A model generated the notes under the pieces. That model was not told where the DNA came from, made no database searches, and saw nothing but the letters and a program-made list of their open reading frames with translations. The position numbers and the translations under genes are program-made. DNA of 63,884 nt, counting the filler, from Choristocarpus tenellus KU-1152 (lineage: Eukaryota; Protista; Phaeophyceae), in NCBI GenBank assembly GCA_964200185.2. It is 12 parts of 12 records of this genome, joined end to end, with 100 filler letters (N's around TTAATTAATTAA, not from the genome) between each part and the next. Parts side by side here need not be neighbours in the genome. Positions count along the whole stretch, not along the records: positions 1 to 3,782 come from CAXNAD020017956.1; positions 3,883 to 6,694 come from CAXNAD020024536.1; positions 6,795 to 10,363 come from CAXNAD020019199.1; positions 10,464 to 22,613 come from CAXNAD020001953.1; 8 more parts are not named here. One strand, 5' to 3'. Shown piece by piece: positions 1 through 11,760 of this stretch (position 1 is the first letter of the stretch; each line of letters opens with the position of its first letter).

Positions 1-1073
1 CCCCACCATGACACACTGGTAATTCTAAACACCCCCCACGACTGATTGGACCCTGTCTAACACAAGATTCCCTTTTTCTTTTGGGGTCCTCTTTTGTTCG
101 TAGCTTGTACGTCACACTCCATCAACAGTGTTCCACTTCTTTCAGTCGGGGGAAGGTGTTAAAACATAGGCTACTCATTTGTTTCTTGTTGATATGATAC
201 ACATACTACCAGCTTGTACTGACTGTTGATTGGCGCACTGCACTGGCTGTTAGTATTCATTTATTTATTGTGCATTCCAACTCATCCTCACATCGATGAC
301 AGTAGATAGAAGCATAGAATCAGTTGATATTCAGTAAATCCACATCACACACAGGAACATCATAGCACACGTCATCCAAGTTACTTCAGAACTTGTATCA
401 AGTGCGTTCCACTGTTACCTTGTGTTCCTCTTTCTATTTTGTTGTTGTTGCCATCTCTGTTCTTTCTTTTTATATGCATAAGAGCCCAGATGCACGGTAA
501 TTGTTGTTATATTATTTTATTGATATTGTCCCCTCACTGAGCACCTCAAGCTCTCTCTGCAATAGTGCCCCTGATGCACACTTGGATAGAATACACCCAG
601 AGTTAAAACCATCGACTGAAACCCTTGTCAGTCAAGGTAACAAGCCTCTTCACAGAGTATGTACTTCTTTTACTAAGTATACCATGAAATAACACTGTAT
701 TCACATCACATCATTCTTAAATGAGAGATCAATGACTTCAGTTGCAACAGAACAAATACATCAGTGCTTTACCTCACAATCACATCTACTCATACCACAG
801 ACTACACTCCCTACTCATCGATGCTTTACAACACCATGATTCCTCTTCCTTCTTAGTCTATGTATCACATATACGATGCATTCGATTCAGGTTTCAACAT
901 CTAAATCCGGCACAGCCCTCAGTGTCGGTTCGAGGAGTATATTTTTCTCCGTATATCCTTCTTCATATCAATACGCTTCCGCTGGTGGCCAACCATCCAC
1001 TGGCGGCATTGTCTGACACACTGGGCTGCGGCCTCGACACTGTCCCTCTTGTTCTTCTCCCGAATTTGGTCGA

Positions 1074-1205
1074 GAGCCAAAGTATCTAAGAGGGTACGGT
1101 CGCGTCCAAATGGGGTCCAGAATCCAATGTAGCGATTTGATGGAATTTTGGCAATCGCGTTTGTTGGCAAGTATGAATTCCCTTACTCTGGATACTCCTT
1201 TCAGA
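1074..1205 (+). mobile_element. MITE family A, diverged 5' half
   Basis: Starts GAGCCAAAGTATCTAAGAGGGTA and aligns by eye with the 5' half of the copy at 1914-2171; the 3' end is approximate. Confidence 0.8.
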
Positions 1206-1913
1206 GTCGTTTCTTTTCGATGCTATATTTGTATCAACAGTTGTGAACGGCAGATGTGTCTACTTTGGTAGCTTTTTAGAAGTTATCATAACCTGCCTGT
1301 CTATATGCGTTTTTTTCTCAATTTGGTTGCATTTTGGTCGCTTTTTGAGGGCCGGGCAAACCTTTGACATGATTGATAACGTTGAGAGCACAAACACAGC
1401 AAGAGTGTGGGGGCTAGTCCGAGGAAAATGAAGAAAAGCGGTAGCATAGTCCTTTGTGGTGCATAGAGAAAAGAGTTGCAATAAATTACCATGAGTATTT
1501 TGTCTCCAATTTTGTTACGAATCGCATTGCTATGACGCTATTTATGCAGTTCGTGTGTTTTTGACTATCTAATGTGACCGTTTATATGAGATGAGAGGAC
1601 AAATTCAAGGAGAAGATGCAAAACTAGTAGGAGTTTGCTGTAAGCCTGGACCAGATTATTACACCGCGTACGTAGTGCCACAAAGAAAGAGTTGTTATAA
1701 ATTGTCGTGAGCAATATTGAAAAAAAAAACATTCCAATTTCAATTTCATGGAGATTTAGCTATTTGCGTGAGTTGGACCAACCCACGTGACGCACTTTAG
1801 CAAGTGAGGCAGAAACTTAGGAAGAGTACTACACGAGGAAAGAGGGATTGATCGGAGATTGAACCAAAGTCCTTTGTCCTGGTCTCATTGGACTAGTTGC
1901 ATGTGAAGAAACA

Positions 1914-2171
1914 GAGAGCAATATCTTAGAGGGTAGCACCGCGTCCATTCGGGGGCCAAACTCCAATGTTGTGATGTTGATGAAATTTTAGCTATCGTGT
2001 TTGTCAAGAAGTGTCAATATCCTTGTTCCAGACACACCTTTTCATAACGTACACATTTTACCTACTCCGACACATTTTGGAGAAGGAAAATGTCATGAAA
2101 AAAATCATGGGAAGCCAAGCCCCAAATGGACAAACAGGGCAAAACTCGTACCCTCCAAGATACTTTCACTC
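1914..2171 (+). mobile_element. MITE family A (~257 bp), full length, left TIR degenerate
   Basis: Ends TACCCTCCAAGATACTTTCACTC; body matches other A copies; no clean TSD. Confidence 0.9.
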
Positions 2172-3040
2172 AGATGTTTATAAAATGTGAAGACTATTAT
2201 GTGAATATTGAGCATGATAAAATCACACTTCTATGTGAATTTCATCGCCACTTCAGTCAGTTTGTGTGGGTTGGATTAACTCACGTGATGGATGGTACTA
2301 AGTGAAGCATACATACAGAAGTAGACTAATGTTCGAAGGAGGGGATTAAAAGGAAATTGAACTGGAGTCCTTTGCCCTTGTCTTGTCAGATGTAGTGCAT
2401 TGAAAAAAGCAGATGCTGAATGGGATATGTTAACGATTGTAACATTATAGTTCTTACTCATATTTGGAGCCTCAAAAAAATTGCGATGTATGTTCACCTT
2501 TGAAACACTTCTCACAATTCACCACTTCCTATGACAGTTTTTCCCATCCCGTAGACTCAAAACAAACTGAAAACCTTCCTCGAAATGTCACCAATTCTAA
2601 CCTAAACTGGTGACAATAAATCCAGACGCCTTACATATTTGAGCAACCACCTGCTCTGAGCAAGAGAGGCCTGACCTTACCCTTGGGATATCCTGGGGTC
2701 TACTCCTCCGGAGTCCACGAGTTCTTTCCCGTTGTTAGCCAGATCCCCCAGTATTGGCTGATTGATGGCCATCCTACATCTGCGGTGCGATGGGTATGGT
2801 TCTCTTGAAGAACTGCAACAACGAATAATCCTCTATATTGTTGAGGCCTATTTGTTTGTTGTTGAGTGAGTGAAGGAGTGTGGGGTTAGTGCCAATGTGG
2901 TTTGCCGAATGTTTTTTGTTACGCACTATAATATAATTATTCAAATTGTATTGCAATATATGAAATGTATAAAGATGTAAATTCGACGTTTTGACCCTGT
3001 CACACTAATGAAGAAATAGAGGATGGAGAGTTGTATATAT

Positions 3041-3297
3041 GAGTGAAAGTATCTTAGAGGGTACGAGTTCTGCACTTTTTGTCCATTTGGGGCTTGGCTT
3101 CCCATGAAATCTTTTATGACATTGTCCTACTCCAAAATGTTAAGGAGTAGGTAAAGTTTGTATGTTAATAAAAGGTGTGCCCGGAACATAGATATTGACA
3201 CTTCCTAATAAACACCATAGCCAAAATTTCATCAAAATCGCAACATTCGATTTGACACCTAATGGACGCGGCTCTACCCTCTAAGATGCTTTGACTC
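3041..3297 (-). mobile_element. MITE family A, full length
   Basis: TIRs GAGTGAAAGTATCTTAGAGGGTA / TACCCTCTAAGATGCTTTGACTC; 4-bp TSD ATAT on both sides. Confidence 0.95.
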
Positions 3298-3302
3298 ATA
3301 TA

Positions 3303-3782
3303 CAGTGGGTTACCCGGTTTTGTACCACTTGGTACAAAACCGGGCATCCGACTGACTATGTGCCAAATGGTACAATATCAGGAGAAATTTTAAAGCAGGA
3401 TTGCACACCTCTGACGACTATCACTAGTAATCGTGGTAATCGTAATCGTTGAGCTAATCATTATCCAGGTCGTAATTTTCGCACTCTTTGCGGACAGTCG
3501 CCATTCCATCTACAAAAGCTTCTTCGTCGATGCTGCCCGCTTCACCGTGGAGTAACATACTTTTGAGATTGTTGCGGGTGACAAAATTTGTTACCCAGTG
3601 ATCGCTTGCGTCGAATTCGCTGAGCCGCTGGCATTCTTCGTCGGACTTCGCACTGCTGAGGAGCTGATCTCTCACCTTCCGTCCTAGCGTCTGGAGGGTA
3701 GCTCGATTGGATGGAAGCTATGCAGCCCGCACTTCTTCAAAAAGCGCGAGAGCTTTTTCTTTGACCTTTCACAAGTGACATG
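3303..3782 (-). mobile_element. pogo/Tigger-like (Tc1-mariner) transposon remnant, internally deleted
   Basis: ORF 3454-3675 FDASDHWVTNFVTRNNLKSMLLHGEAGSIDEE matches the CENP-B/Tc5 HTH pattern (FxASxGWLxxFxxR...LHGE). It stops just before the expected DDE motif. The end reads TA|CAGTG, typical of pogo termini. Confidence 0.8.
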
Positions 3783-3882
3783 NNNNNNNNNNNNNNNNNN
3801 NNNNNNNNNNNNNNNNNNNNNNNNNNTTAATTAATTAANNNNNNNNNNNNNNNNNNNNNNNNNNNNNNNNNNNNNNNNNNNN
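3783..3882. other. Artificial contig spacer (N44-TTAATTAATTAA-N44)
   Basis: Identical 100-nt spacer with stops in all six frames, recurring 11 times in the window. Confidence 0.99.
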
Positions 3883-6006
3883 GGGGTAGGTCTGGTTGGG
3901 GGGACGGTACAACTCTCTCTTCTGAAGGGGGTGCCATGGGGGTAGAATTGTTTTTAGTGGTTGCGTAACTAATGTGAGGGTTCCAATGTGTGTTCAGTGA
4001 AATGAGTGCAGAATACAAGGGATTTCGTTTGACGTTTTGAGGTGCAACTCTACATTCTAGAAGGGAAGCTTCCAGATCTCTAGCAGCAAAATTTCAATGT
4101 AGTTGAGAAGGACAGAAATATCTGGAACTTCTAGAAGTTCATCCTTGTTCTAGGAGTCTGTTGGTAGAGAGCAGAGAGAGCTCCCACACTCTCTTGCCTC
4201 CAAATTTCCATCCAGGGATGAGCCCTTGTACGGGGTTCAAAAATGTGCAAATAATAATAAAACAAAAATGTAAACAATTCTCAAGGACTGCCCGACAGAG
4301 TTAGAACCAACTCTCTCTTCCTGAAGGGAGGGAGCCCGTGTTGGTGGACACAGGAGGCATAGAACAAGTGTATCACGAGTTTATCTTACGTAAGAGAGGG
4401 AACGTTCTACTACTAGGACAGGGGTGTCTTTTTTTCTATTAAGTTTTTATCATGCTCTTTGCTTGAAAATTTTTAGTGCTTCGATTGTCCTCTACCATCT
4501 GATGAGACATACAACCCACAGGTATTTATACGTGTATTGGTTTTCCACAGGTAGTTAGTTGCAGGCGTGGTTGATGGTGATTGGGCTGTAGTTTGTTTGA
4601 ATGTATGAGTTATACAAGAAGGGCAAACGTGTTCTGGGTGAGCCGTGCCAGTTGTAGTGCTGTAGAGTTGTTATGTGGTGGTTGATTGAGGCGTTGTGGT
4701 ATCTGTCAGAGTAGTAATGATTCACTGTCTCCTGAGGAGGCCGAACGAGGGCTAGTTTTATAGGAGGCAGCAACGTGAGGGGTGAAACACCCGGATTCAA
4801 TCAATTGCCTTGGTTTTATTGTGCATAATGCGTTGTTCGACCAATCGATTGCAACTCATAAAGAGTCAGTCCTGCGTCGAAGGAACAGGGGCGTTTTACT
4901 GTGGTGCCACCTCAAGGGAGATGATGGTGGAATGTACCTAAATTGTTACTGACCGAGTAAACACGATGTGCTATCAAAACATTCACTTTCTGTCACAAAT
5001 TATTATGGGTATATATATGTGTGTGTGTGTGTATTTATTTAACATTGCGGAGCGAAGGGAAAGTTCTAAAGTTTTGTCAGGGCCTTTTCTGGGGGTGACG
5101 TGATGACCAACAGTTACAAGTTCTATTGTTCGCGCCTAAGATATTGGTTTTAGGAACCCCAGCTGAAGTCACCAGGGCTCTTGATCAGTCCGGGCAGTTA
5201 GCACTGTTGGGGGTTCGGGTCAGGGCTGCAGGTTTGGCCTGTGTGCTGGACATATTGAACCAGTTGGTGGGCATGGCCTTGCCCTGTTACAACATGTTAG
5301 TATCGGGATCCGCCCGTGCCCTTGCCATGTCCATGGATAATAAAAGGAATCCTTTTCATGGGGAGCCCGGTCAAGGACAGTCATGCTGACCTGTGGTCTG
5401 GACATGTCCCAATTTATCGCAAGTCCACATGGGAATAAATATGTTCTTTTCTACATTTTCCTTCAGTCAAACCTGTGGACTGTTGTGTTTAAGGTTTTAC
5501 TAATATTGGACTGGGTTGTCCTTGTACCATCTATTTACCATGTGTTGATGTGGCCACAAGCCAGGCTGAGGTGTGATCAGGGTAGAATCTCCAACAACTG
5601 TCGTCCAAGCATGTAAGGCACTTGTCTGGCCTGTGGACTAGGCAGGTTCCAATACTTGGTGGACCTGGCCAGGACAAAAGATGGAAAACATTTGGTGACA
5701 GTCTGGCCCTTGAACTGCTCCCCTTGCTTTTTTGCCTGGCCTGATGAAAATCTCCTGGAGATTGCTTTGGTAGTTGGCTAGTTGTGGTAGTTGTTTTCAC
5801 GCGCCCTTAATTGAATGACGGTAATTTGCTCGGAATTTTCAAAATCTGTGAACAGAACCATACTTTGTTAAATAGAGAGGAAGCACAAAATCTTTTACTT
5901 TTTGTATCTCTTGGAGCGCCTAGAGTGATAGAAGGAAAGGAGTTAGGGGTGACATGACAGAGAGGTAGAGAAGGGAATGAGGGCAGTTTAATGATAGTCA
6001 CAGGCA

Positions 6007-6092
6007 CCTAACCTGACCCTGTCCCTAACCCTAACCCTGATCCTAACCCTAACCCTAACCCTGATCCTAACCCTAACCCTAACCCTAACCTA
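6007..6092 (-). repeat. Interstitial telomere-type (CCCTAA)n array, degenerate
   Basis: Run of CCCTAA units interspersed with CCCTGA/TCCTAA variants, inside a contig. Confidence 0.9.
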
Positions 6093-6694
6093 CATTACAG
6101 TGATTAACTGTACCTACTGTTATCTTAAACATTTTCCGTGGCATAGGGTTAGTATTGTATCTTATCCAGAAGCGGTTGCGGTGGTGGCTCTCCTTACATA
6201 TATAGCCTGTGATGGTGATGATGTTTCCGAAGAGTACGGTATGTAGCCTAGAAGTTTGATGAAGAACGTTCTCGAGTCTGCTTTTGTCATGTTATTGTGC
6301 CGCACGGTCTCTGCACGAGGGGAGCAATCAAGGTACGGCAATCGAGGCTAGGGCACCATTTTGTGTAGGCTAGGGGGCGGAGTCCCATGGATGTGGTAGA
6401 CTTATTTATCTATGTAAGGAAGACATCCAAGTTTTTTAGACAGACAGGTTGCCCAGTGATGAACTGTCTCTTGAATGCACAGAGGTTTTGCTTGCACGCA
6501 CAATTTGTTACGTCTACAGCTCTCAGTGCTAAAGGAGAACATGATATTTGAGGGCGACGGATGCACAAGAAATATTGGTGGAAAAAATATTATTTTTTGT
6601 TCTGGTGTGAAACTTTCCCCCCCCCCCCGGGCCGGTCCTTTTTTTTTTTTTTGATTGTGAAGAGAAAGCAGCTAATGGAGTATTTTAATAGTAA

Positions 6695-6794
6695 NNNNNN
6701 NNNNNNNNNNNNNNNNNNNNNNNNNNNNNNNNNNNNNNTTAATTAATTAANNNNNNNNNNNNNNNNNNNNNNNNNNNNNNNNNNNNNNNNNNNN
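6695..6794. other. Artificial contig spacer
   Basis: N44-TTAATTAATTAA-N44. Confidence 0.99.
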
Positions 6795-7399
6795 ACGGTA
6801 TAACGGTATATGACATACGGCAATAACGGTATAATAACAGACAAACATGCTTTCCACAAAAAAGCAGGTTTGTTTCTACAGCCCCACATTTAATCATGTT
6901 TTGGATATTACAAATTACAATATTATATAACTTGATTGAAACTACAACTACAAACGTGAACATTCAATTTATTATAGTATAGTAGAAGTAGTACCAATAG
7001 TAATAGAAGTAGAATATATAATATAAACAAAACTATATCTATACTTAGAGGTTAGTTAGTTTGGTATTGCTAAGAACGCCTCTGAATGATATATCGGTTC
7101 TCTTCCTCTCCCTCAACTTCTCCTTAAACAAAAAGAACTTCCAGGGTTCAAAGTGGGACTTGCTAGGCTAGGACTTGCGAGACCTGCTTTCTTACGCTGG
7201 GCGGAAGCATCTGAGTCACATTCTCTTCACATCTTTTCCGGACGATCTTGACAGTGTTGACACGAGGGGGCAATCTCTGCCCTCGTGTTACAGGAACAAG
7301 TGAGAAATTCCCCCCCAACTCACTTCAAGCAGGTATCATGTTGGACTTGATGGAAACATTATCCCTCCTGGCTGATCAGTTCTCTGATTTCCAGGTAAT

Positions 7400-7960
7400 G
7401 GAATACATGGGCACTCTGTTTCCGGGCGGCGAAGGCACTCGTCAGCATGTGAGTGATACATTCCCTACAAAGCCTTAATAGTTCTGATCCATATTTTTTT
7501 GGTACCCTAACTAGGTCACAATGGTGACACCTTATCTCGACTGTGAAGAAAGTGGGTTTCATCAATATACCTCACCAATAAATCTTCTTTGCTTTTCTGT
7601 AAGCTTCCGTTGCTGGGCTGCTTCACCGCTTCCCAATGCAATGATTGCTGAGTTCTTTTCCGAGAGAATTATTACTGGGAAAAGTATTGTTACGTCGACA
7701 ATATGAACTCTGTCAGAGAAAGAGCAATCGATGGTTTTATGGCACAACATACATGGCCAACCAGCTGGTCGTCGCTCCAGATTAAGGCGAGGAGAAATGA
7801 GAATGCGAGAGATATGGACTTCGAACCGATGAGTATATTTCATCGAACCCCTTTCCCAACGGTCGTACGTACATCTCCAATCTTAGTATGAGGCTTTTGT
7901 GGTTAGCTGCGACCATCCTTCCCTCGTCTTCTTAGCCACTCACTCATGTTGGTATTTAGA
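7400..7960 (-). mobile_element. Decayed non-LTR retrotransposon C-terminus with restriction-like endonuclease (CRE-like)
   Basis: ORF 7562-7843 has RRPAG...HIVDVTILFP...GEAAQQRKLTEKQRRF followed by KPTFFTVE. This resembles the RPxD..DVT..A...K..KY..FxPxxxE layout of RLE domains. Interrupted by stops; limits approximate. Confidence 0.4.
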
Positions 7961-8351
7961 GAAGATCGTTAGTATTGGTATATTTGTGAACTCTTCACCC
8001 CCTACAAGACAGCAAACATTGGCAATCATGGATTCTGTTTAGAGAAGAGCCTCTCGGTTGATATTTTATTTCGTTTCTCCAGACTGCATAATTGCTTGGA
8101 TACCTATGCATTTAAGCAGAGGACAGAGCACAGCATCAAAATTACGCTCAATACCTAGCATCGGCTTCAATGGTACAAGAATTATTGGTGTGGACATAGT
8201 CAATTGAATGGTCGCAATGTCTGAAGCATCAATATTATTACGACAGTTGGTGCAAGGACTGACCAATTCTTGTGCATAAGGAAGATAGGCAGTGTGTAGA
8301 ATACAAAGATTCAAGTAAGATAATGTATCTCAAATGGCCTACCTCTCCCTA

Positions 8352-8610
8352 GACTGAAAGTATGTTAGAGGGTACGAGTTTTACCCTTTTTGTCCATTTG
8401 AGGCTTGACTTCTGACGGGTTTTTTATGACATTTTCCCACTCCGAAATGTTGTGCAGTAGGTAATACGTGTACTTTATGAAAAGGTGTGTTCGGAACAAG
8501 GATACTGACACTTCCTAAACAAGCACGATTCCCAAAATTGCATCAAAATCACAACATTGGATTTTGATCCCCAAACGGACACGGCTCTACCGTCTAAGAT
8601 ACCTTGACTC
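8352..8610 (-). mobile_element. MITE family A, full length
   Basis: TIRs GACTGAAAGTATGTTAGAGGGTA / TACCGTCTAAGATACCTTGACTC; TSD CCTA on both sides. Confidence 0.95.
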
Positions 8611-8723
8611 CCTAGCATGTGGTATCCAGATCCAGTTGCTTGATCGATTGGAAAAAGTTCTACAGCGAGCACTCACTACCCTCCTCCTCACCTTCTACTG
8701 CTGGCTTATTTGCATCCTAACAG

Positions 8724-10363
8724 GTCGCTAGTGTGGTTGGTAGTGGGCTGGATAACCTTCATAGTTTGGGGAACCAAGTCGGACTCGGCACATGGGAACT
8801 TTTGGGCATTGCCGTTCTCTCAGCTATCACCGTTTACAGAAAAGAGCTCTCCTCAAACCACATATACACAGGCACTAGCAAGGTTAACGGCATTGATCGT
8901 AGGCGCTCACTCTCTGAAGTGCAGACACATGCAGATGACTGCCCAATGCATGGGGGTGACATAGGTCATCGTTGTGCCTGTGCAGCTGTGCAAGAGGCGG
9001 CAGCACTTGCAGGGGCTGCTGAAGTAGCAGGTGTGGAGGACGGGGAGGATAAGAAGAGTCTCCGAGAACTAATTGAGCAGCACATGCAGTCCCTAAATCT
9101 CCCCACCAGCCACCTCCAGCAGCTCCATGCGCGGCTTGATTCTACCTGGAGTGCATTCTCTGCCGTATCAAGGGGGGGGGAAAGGGCAGAGCGTTCTGGA
9201 AGATCTCATTCTGCTGCTGCCACACTTGGCTCTGCCCACTGGGGCATGGCTACTGAACAGCACCAAGGGGATGAGCTGGGAAAATTGCCACAAGATAGTG
9301 ACATGGCAACCCATGCTACTTCCCCCTTTGAGGCCATTAACTCTTTACTGCTAATTCCACAGCACTCTGGTGCAGTTTTGTCAGGACTTGGACGTCTGCC
9401 GTCAGACGCGCTCGAAAAGGTTCTGAGCTTCCTTTCGGCCCAGGAATTGCTTGCATTTGCACAGGTGTCCAAGTTTGGACAGGTTGCAGCTGACAGTGAT
9501 CCATTGTGGCGCTCTGTGTGGTTGGGGCGATTTGAAGCACTGTGGAAGTCAGAGCTTTGCCTAGAGGCTGCTGCACGGTGGCACTTGCATGGCTGGGATC
9601 CTCGGACTGCAAAAATCTCACAGGTGGGTGGTATGAGTAAGGAAAGGGTAAGATCTTGTTTGAAGATAGAAAAAAATATAGATGTATCTGGTGGGATTAG
9701 TCCTGGAATGGGGTAGTGAGTGAGTGGCCAGTGAGGGTGAACATTCGGGGTTTTGAATCATCTTTTTTGTGACGATATTTCCGAAATGCAGTATAATTTT
9801 TTTGGTAGAGCAGGAACAGCAGGCCCCACCTTCTCAAGACATTTTATGGACTATGAATACTAGCAGGATCCTTCAAGAATCCTGGCTCATCCACAACAAT
9901 TGATGGACAACCTTTCCTCCGCCCTCCCCCGTTATGTTGCTTCTTTTACACTCTCTCCAACTGGGTTGTATGTGCTGGGTAATCGTGCATAATTTCCAGG
10001 GATGGAAGGTGTTCTTCTCAGAGTTTGAGATGACTTGGCTGGGCTGGGTAACTGCTGGACTCAACACAGCGTCTCATTGTGTCATGGGACTCCATGGCTG
10101 TGCCTATGATATCACTTCTTTTGTAGACAGTCACCCAGGCTCCCCAGAAACCCTTCTAGAGATGTCTGGCACAGACGCAACAGCCTTCTTTGAAGACGTT
10201 GGCCATTCCTCCCACGCCAGAGAACTCATGCGCTCGCTGCCCTCTGTTGCCCCCACACCCCATCCACCTGGGTCCTCACCGCATTGCACCCTCTCATCTG
10301 TAGTGGCTCGTCTCAGGGAAGGCCATACATCTGCGGCAGCAGCAGCTGCTGGTCTCTCTGTGG
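8724..10363 (+). CDS. F-box plus cytochrome b5 heme-binding domain protein, partial (exons 8724-9623 and 10000-10363+)
   Basis: F-box LPSDALEKVLSFLSAQELLAFAQVSK...DPLW at ~9396-9520. Cyt b5 LHGCAYDITSFVDSHPGS...GTDATAFFEDVGHS has both axial His (10132, 10204). Phase-0 intron CAG|GTGGGT...TTCCAG|GGA joins the two ORFs in frame. Acceptor TAACAG ends at 8723. Confidence 0.88.
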
Positions 10364-10463
10364 NNNNNNNNNNNNNNNNNNNNNNNNNNNNNNNNNNNNN
10401 NNNNNNNTTAATTAATTAANNNNNNNNNNNNNNNNNNNNNNNNNNNNNNNNNNNNNNNNNNNN
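10364..10463. other. Artificial contig spacer
   Basis: N44-TTAATTAATTAA-N44. Confidence 0.99.
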
Positions 10464-11760
10464 CAACCAGTGACGAAGGGCATTCGCACTGGTTGGTCAT
10501 CAAATGGGGAATAGAGGATAGAGGAATAAGAACATAGGAATGTGCAAAATAATAATAATAATAATCCAGAATTCGTGAGCAAAACAAAACACATAACGCA
10601 AAAAACGTAAGAGAAAAAAGGAATAAAGGATGGAAAAGAAAATCCTCAAAAAAAAGTAGCGATCATCAGCAAAAAGTAATGGGGGGTGGTGGTGGTGTTG
10701 ATACTTTGCACGATCTCAACATTTGGTTGGTGTGACGTATATTACCTATCACGCCTTCCTTGGTATGTATCATTGTGCCATTAACCATACTCTCATACCA
10801 CTTCTCCCGTTGGTTATTGACTCTCATGCTCCAATCCTTAACACTAATCCCAAACTCGAGAAGGTGGTCTTGGACACATCTTCTACCAGTGTTTTTGTCC
10901 ACTTGCTTCCATTTTCCATTTGCAAGGTCCCCTAACATCAATACTCTGGAAAGTCGCTCAATCCCCCATGCATAGAACTGACCGGCAAATAGGAGCTTCC
11001 GCTTACCACAATCACCGCGATAATTTCAACCCCACTCTTCATTAGACAATACTTGTAGGATAGATCTGGTCAATGCGTTCCAGTTTGTAGAAACCTAAGC
11101 AGCATAAGAGGAATTTGCGATGATATGACCGGACCTTCAGATAATGCAGCCTGGAGTAGTGTCTACATCATACAGCTATATTACAGAAATTTAAGTACTT
11201 AAGTTTTGAACAATCTTTAGGTTAAGCGAGACACTTGAGATCCTGTCAATAACAACTTAGCTGTACCTGCGAATACAACTCCACCCTTCCTGAATCCTCT
11301 CATTTATCTCATAATTAATAGCAGGTATCGTCACTCATGGCTCCTCCAAGGTAAACAGAGTTATCAGTCTGCTTGTAGATCGTGGACATCTTTATTGCTG
11401 ACACTGTCAGACCGAATGATCTGGCCACCTTCACAAGCACCACCATAATCCAAGCAAAACCTCCTAGGATCTTGACGACAATGCCCCCATCACCAGTATA
11501 TAGTAATACCTCACAATAGTCGCCTAAGTATCGTCTCACTACCTGGCCCTTCTCACCTGCTGAACGGGTCGTTTGTGGCCACTCTCTTCACGACGACAAG
11601 GTCATTGAATATGGTCAGGTTAGATCATTTAGCTGTGAATATAACTGCTACATACATTGAAAAACAAAGCTAGACATACATACCTGCTGTCAGTGAAGCA
11701 GGAAGGGCAATGATCCGTGAAGAAGACTGTAGTTACGACGATAGGTTGAGGGGCAGCATT
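10464..11760 (-). mobile_element. Decayed RTE-clade LINE, 3' portion with 3' UTR
   Basis: LLYTGDGGIVV...VKVARSFGLTVS...VYLGG corresponds to the RT YADD region. GRRCVQDHLLEFGI..DW...KWYESMVNG is an RTE-type C-terminus. An (ATT)n-containing 3' UTR with a terminal stem-loop lies at 10464-10600. Confidence 0.8.

Noticed and set aside
187-899. TGTTG...CAACA segment as a solo LTR
   Set aside because: Flanks (TTTCT / TCTAA) give no TSD and there is no second copy in the window.
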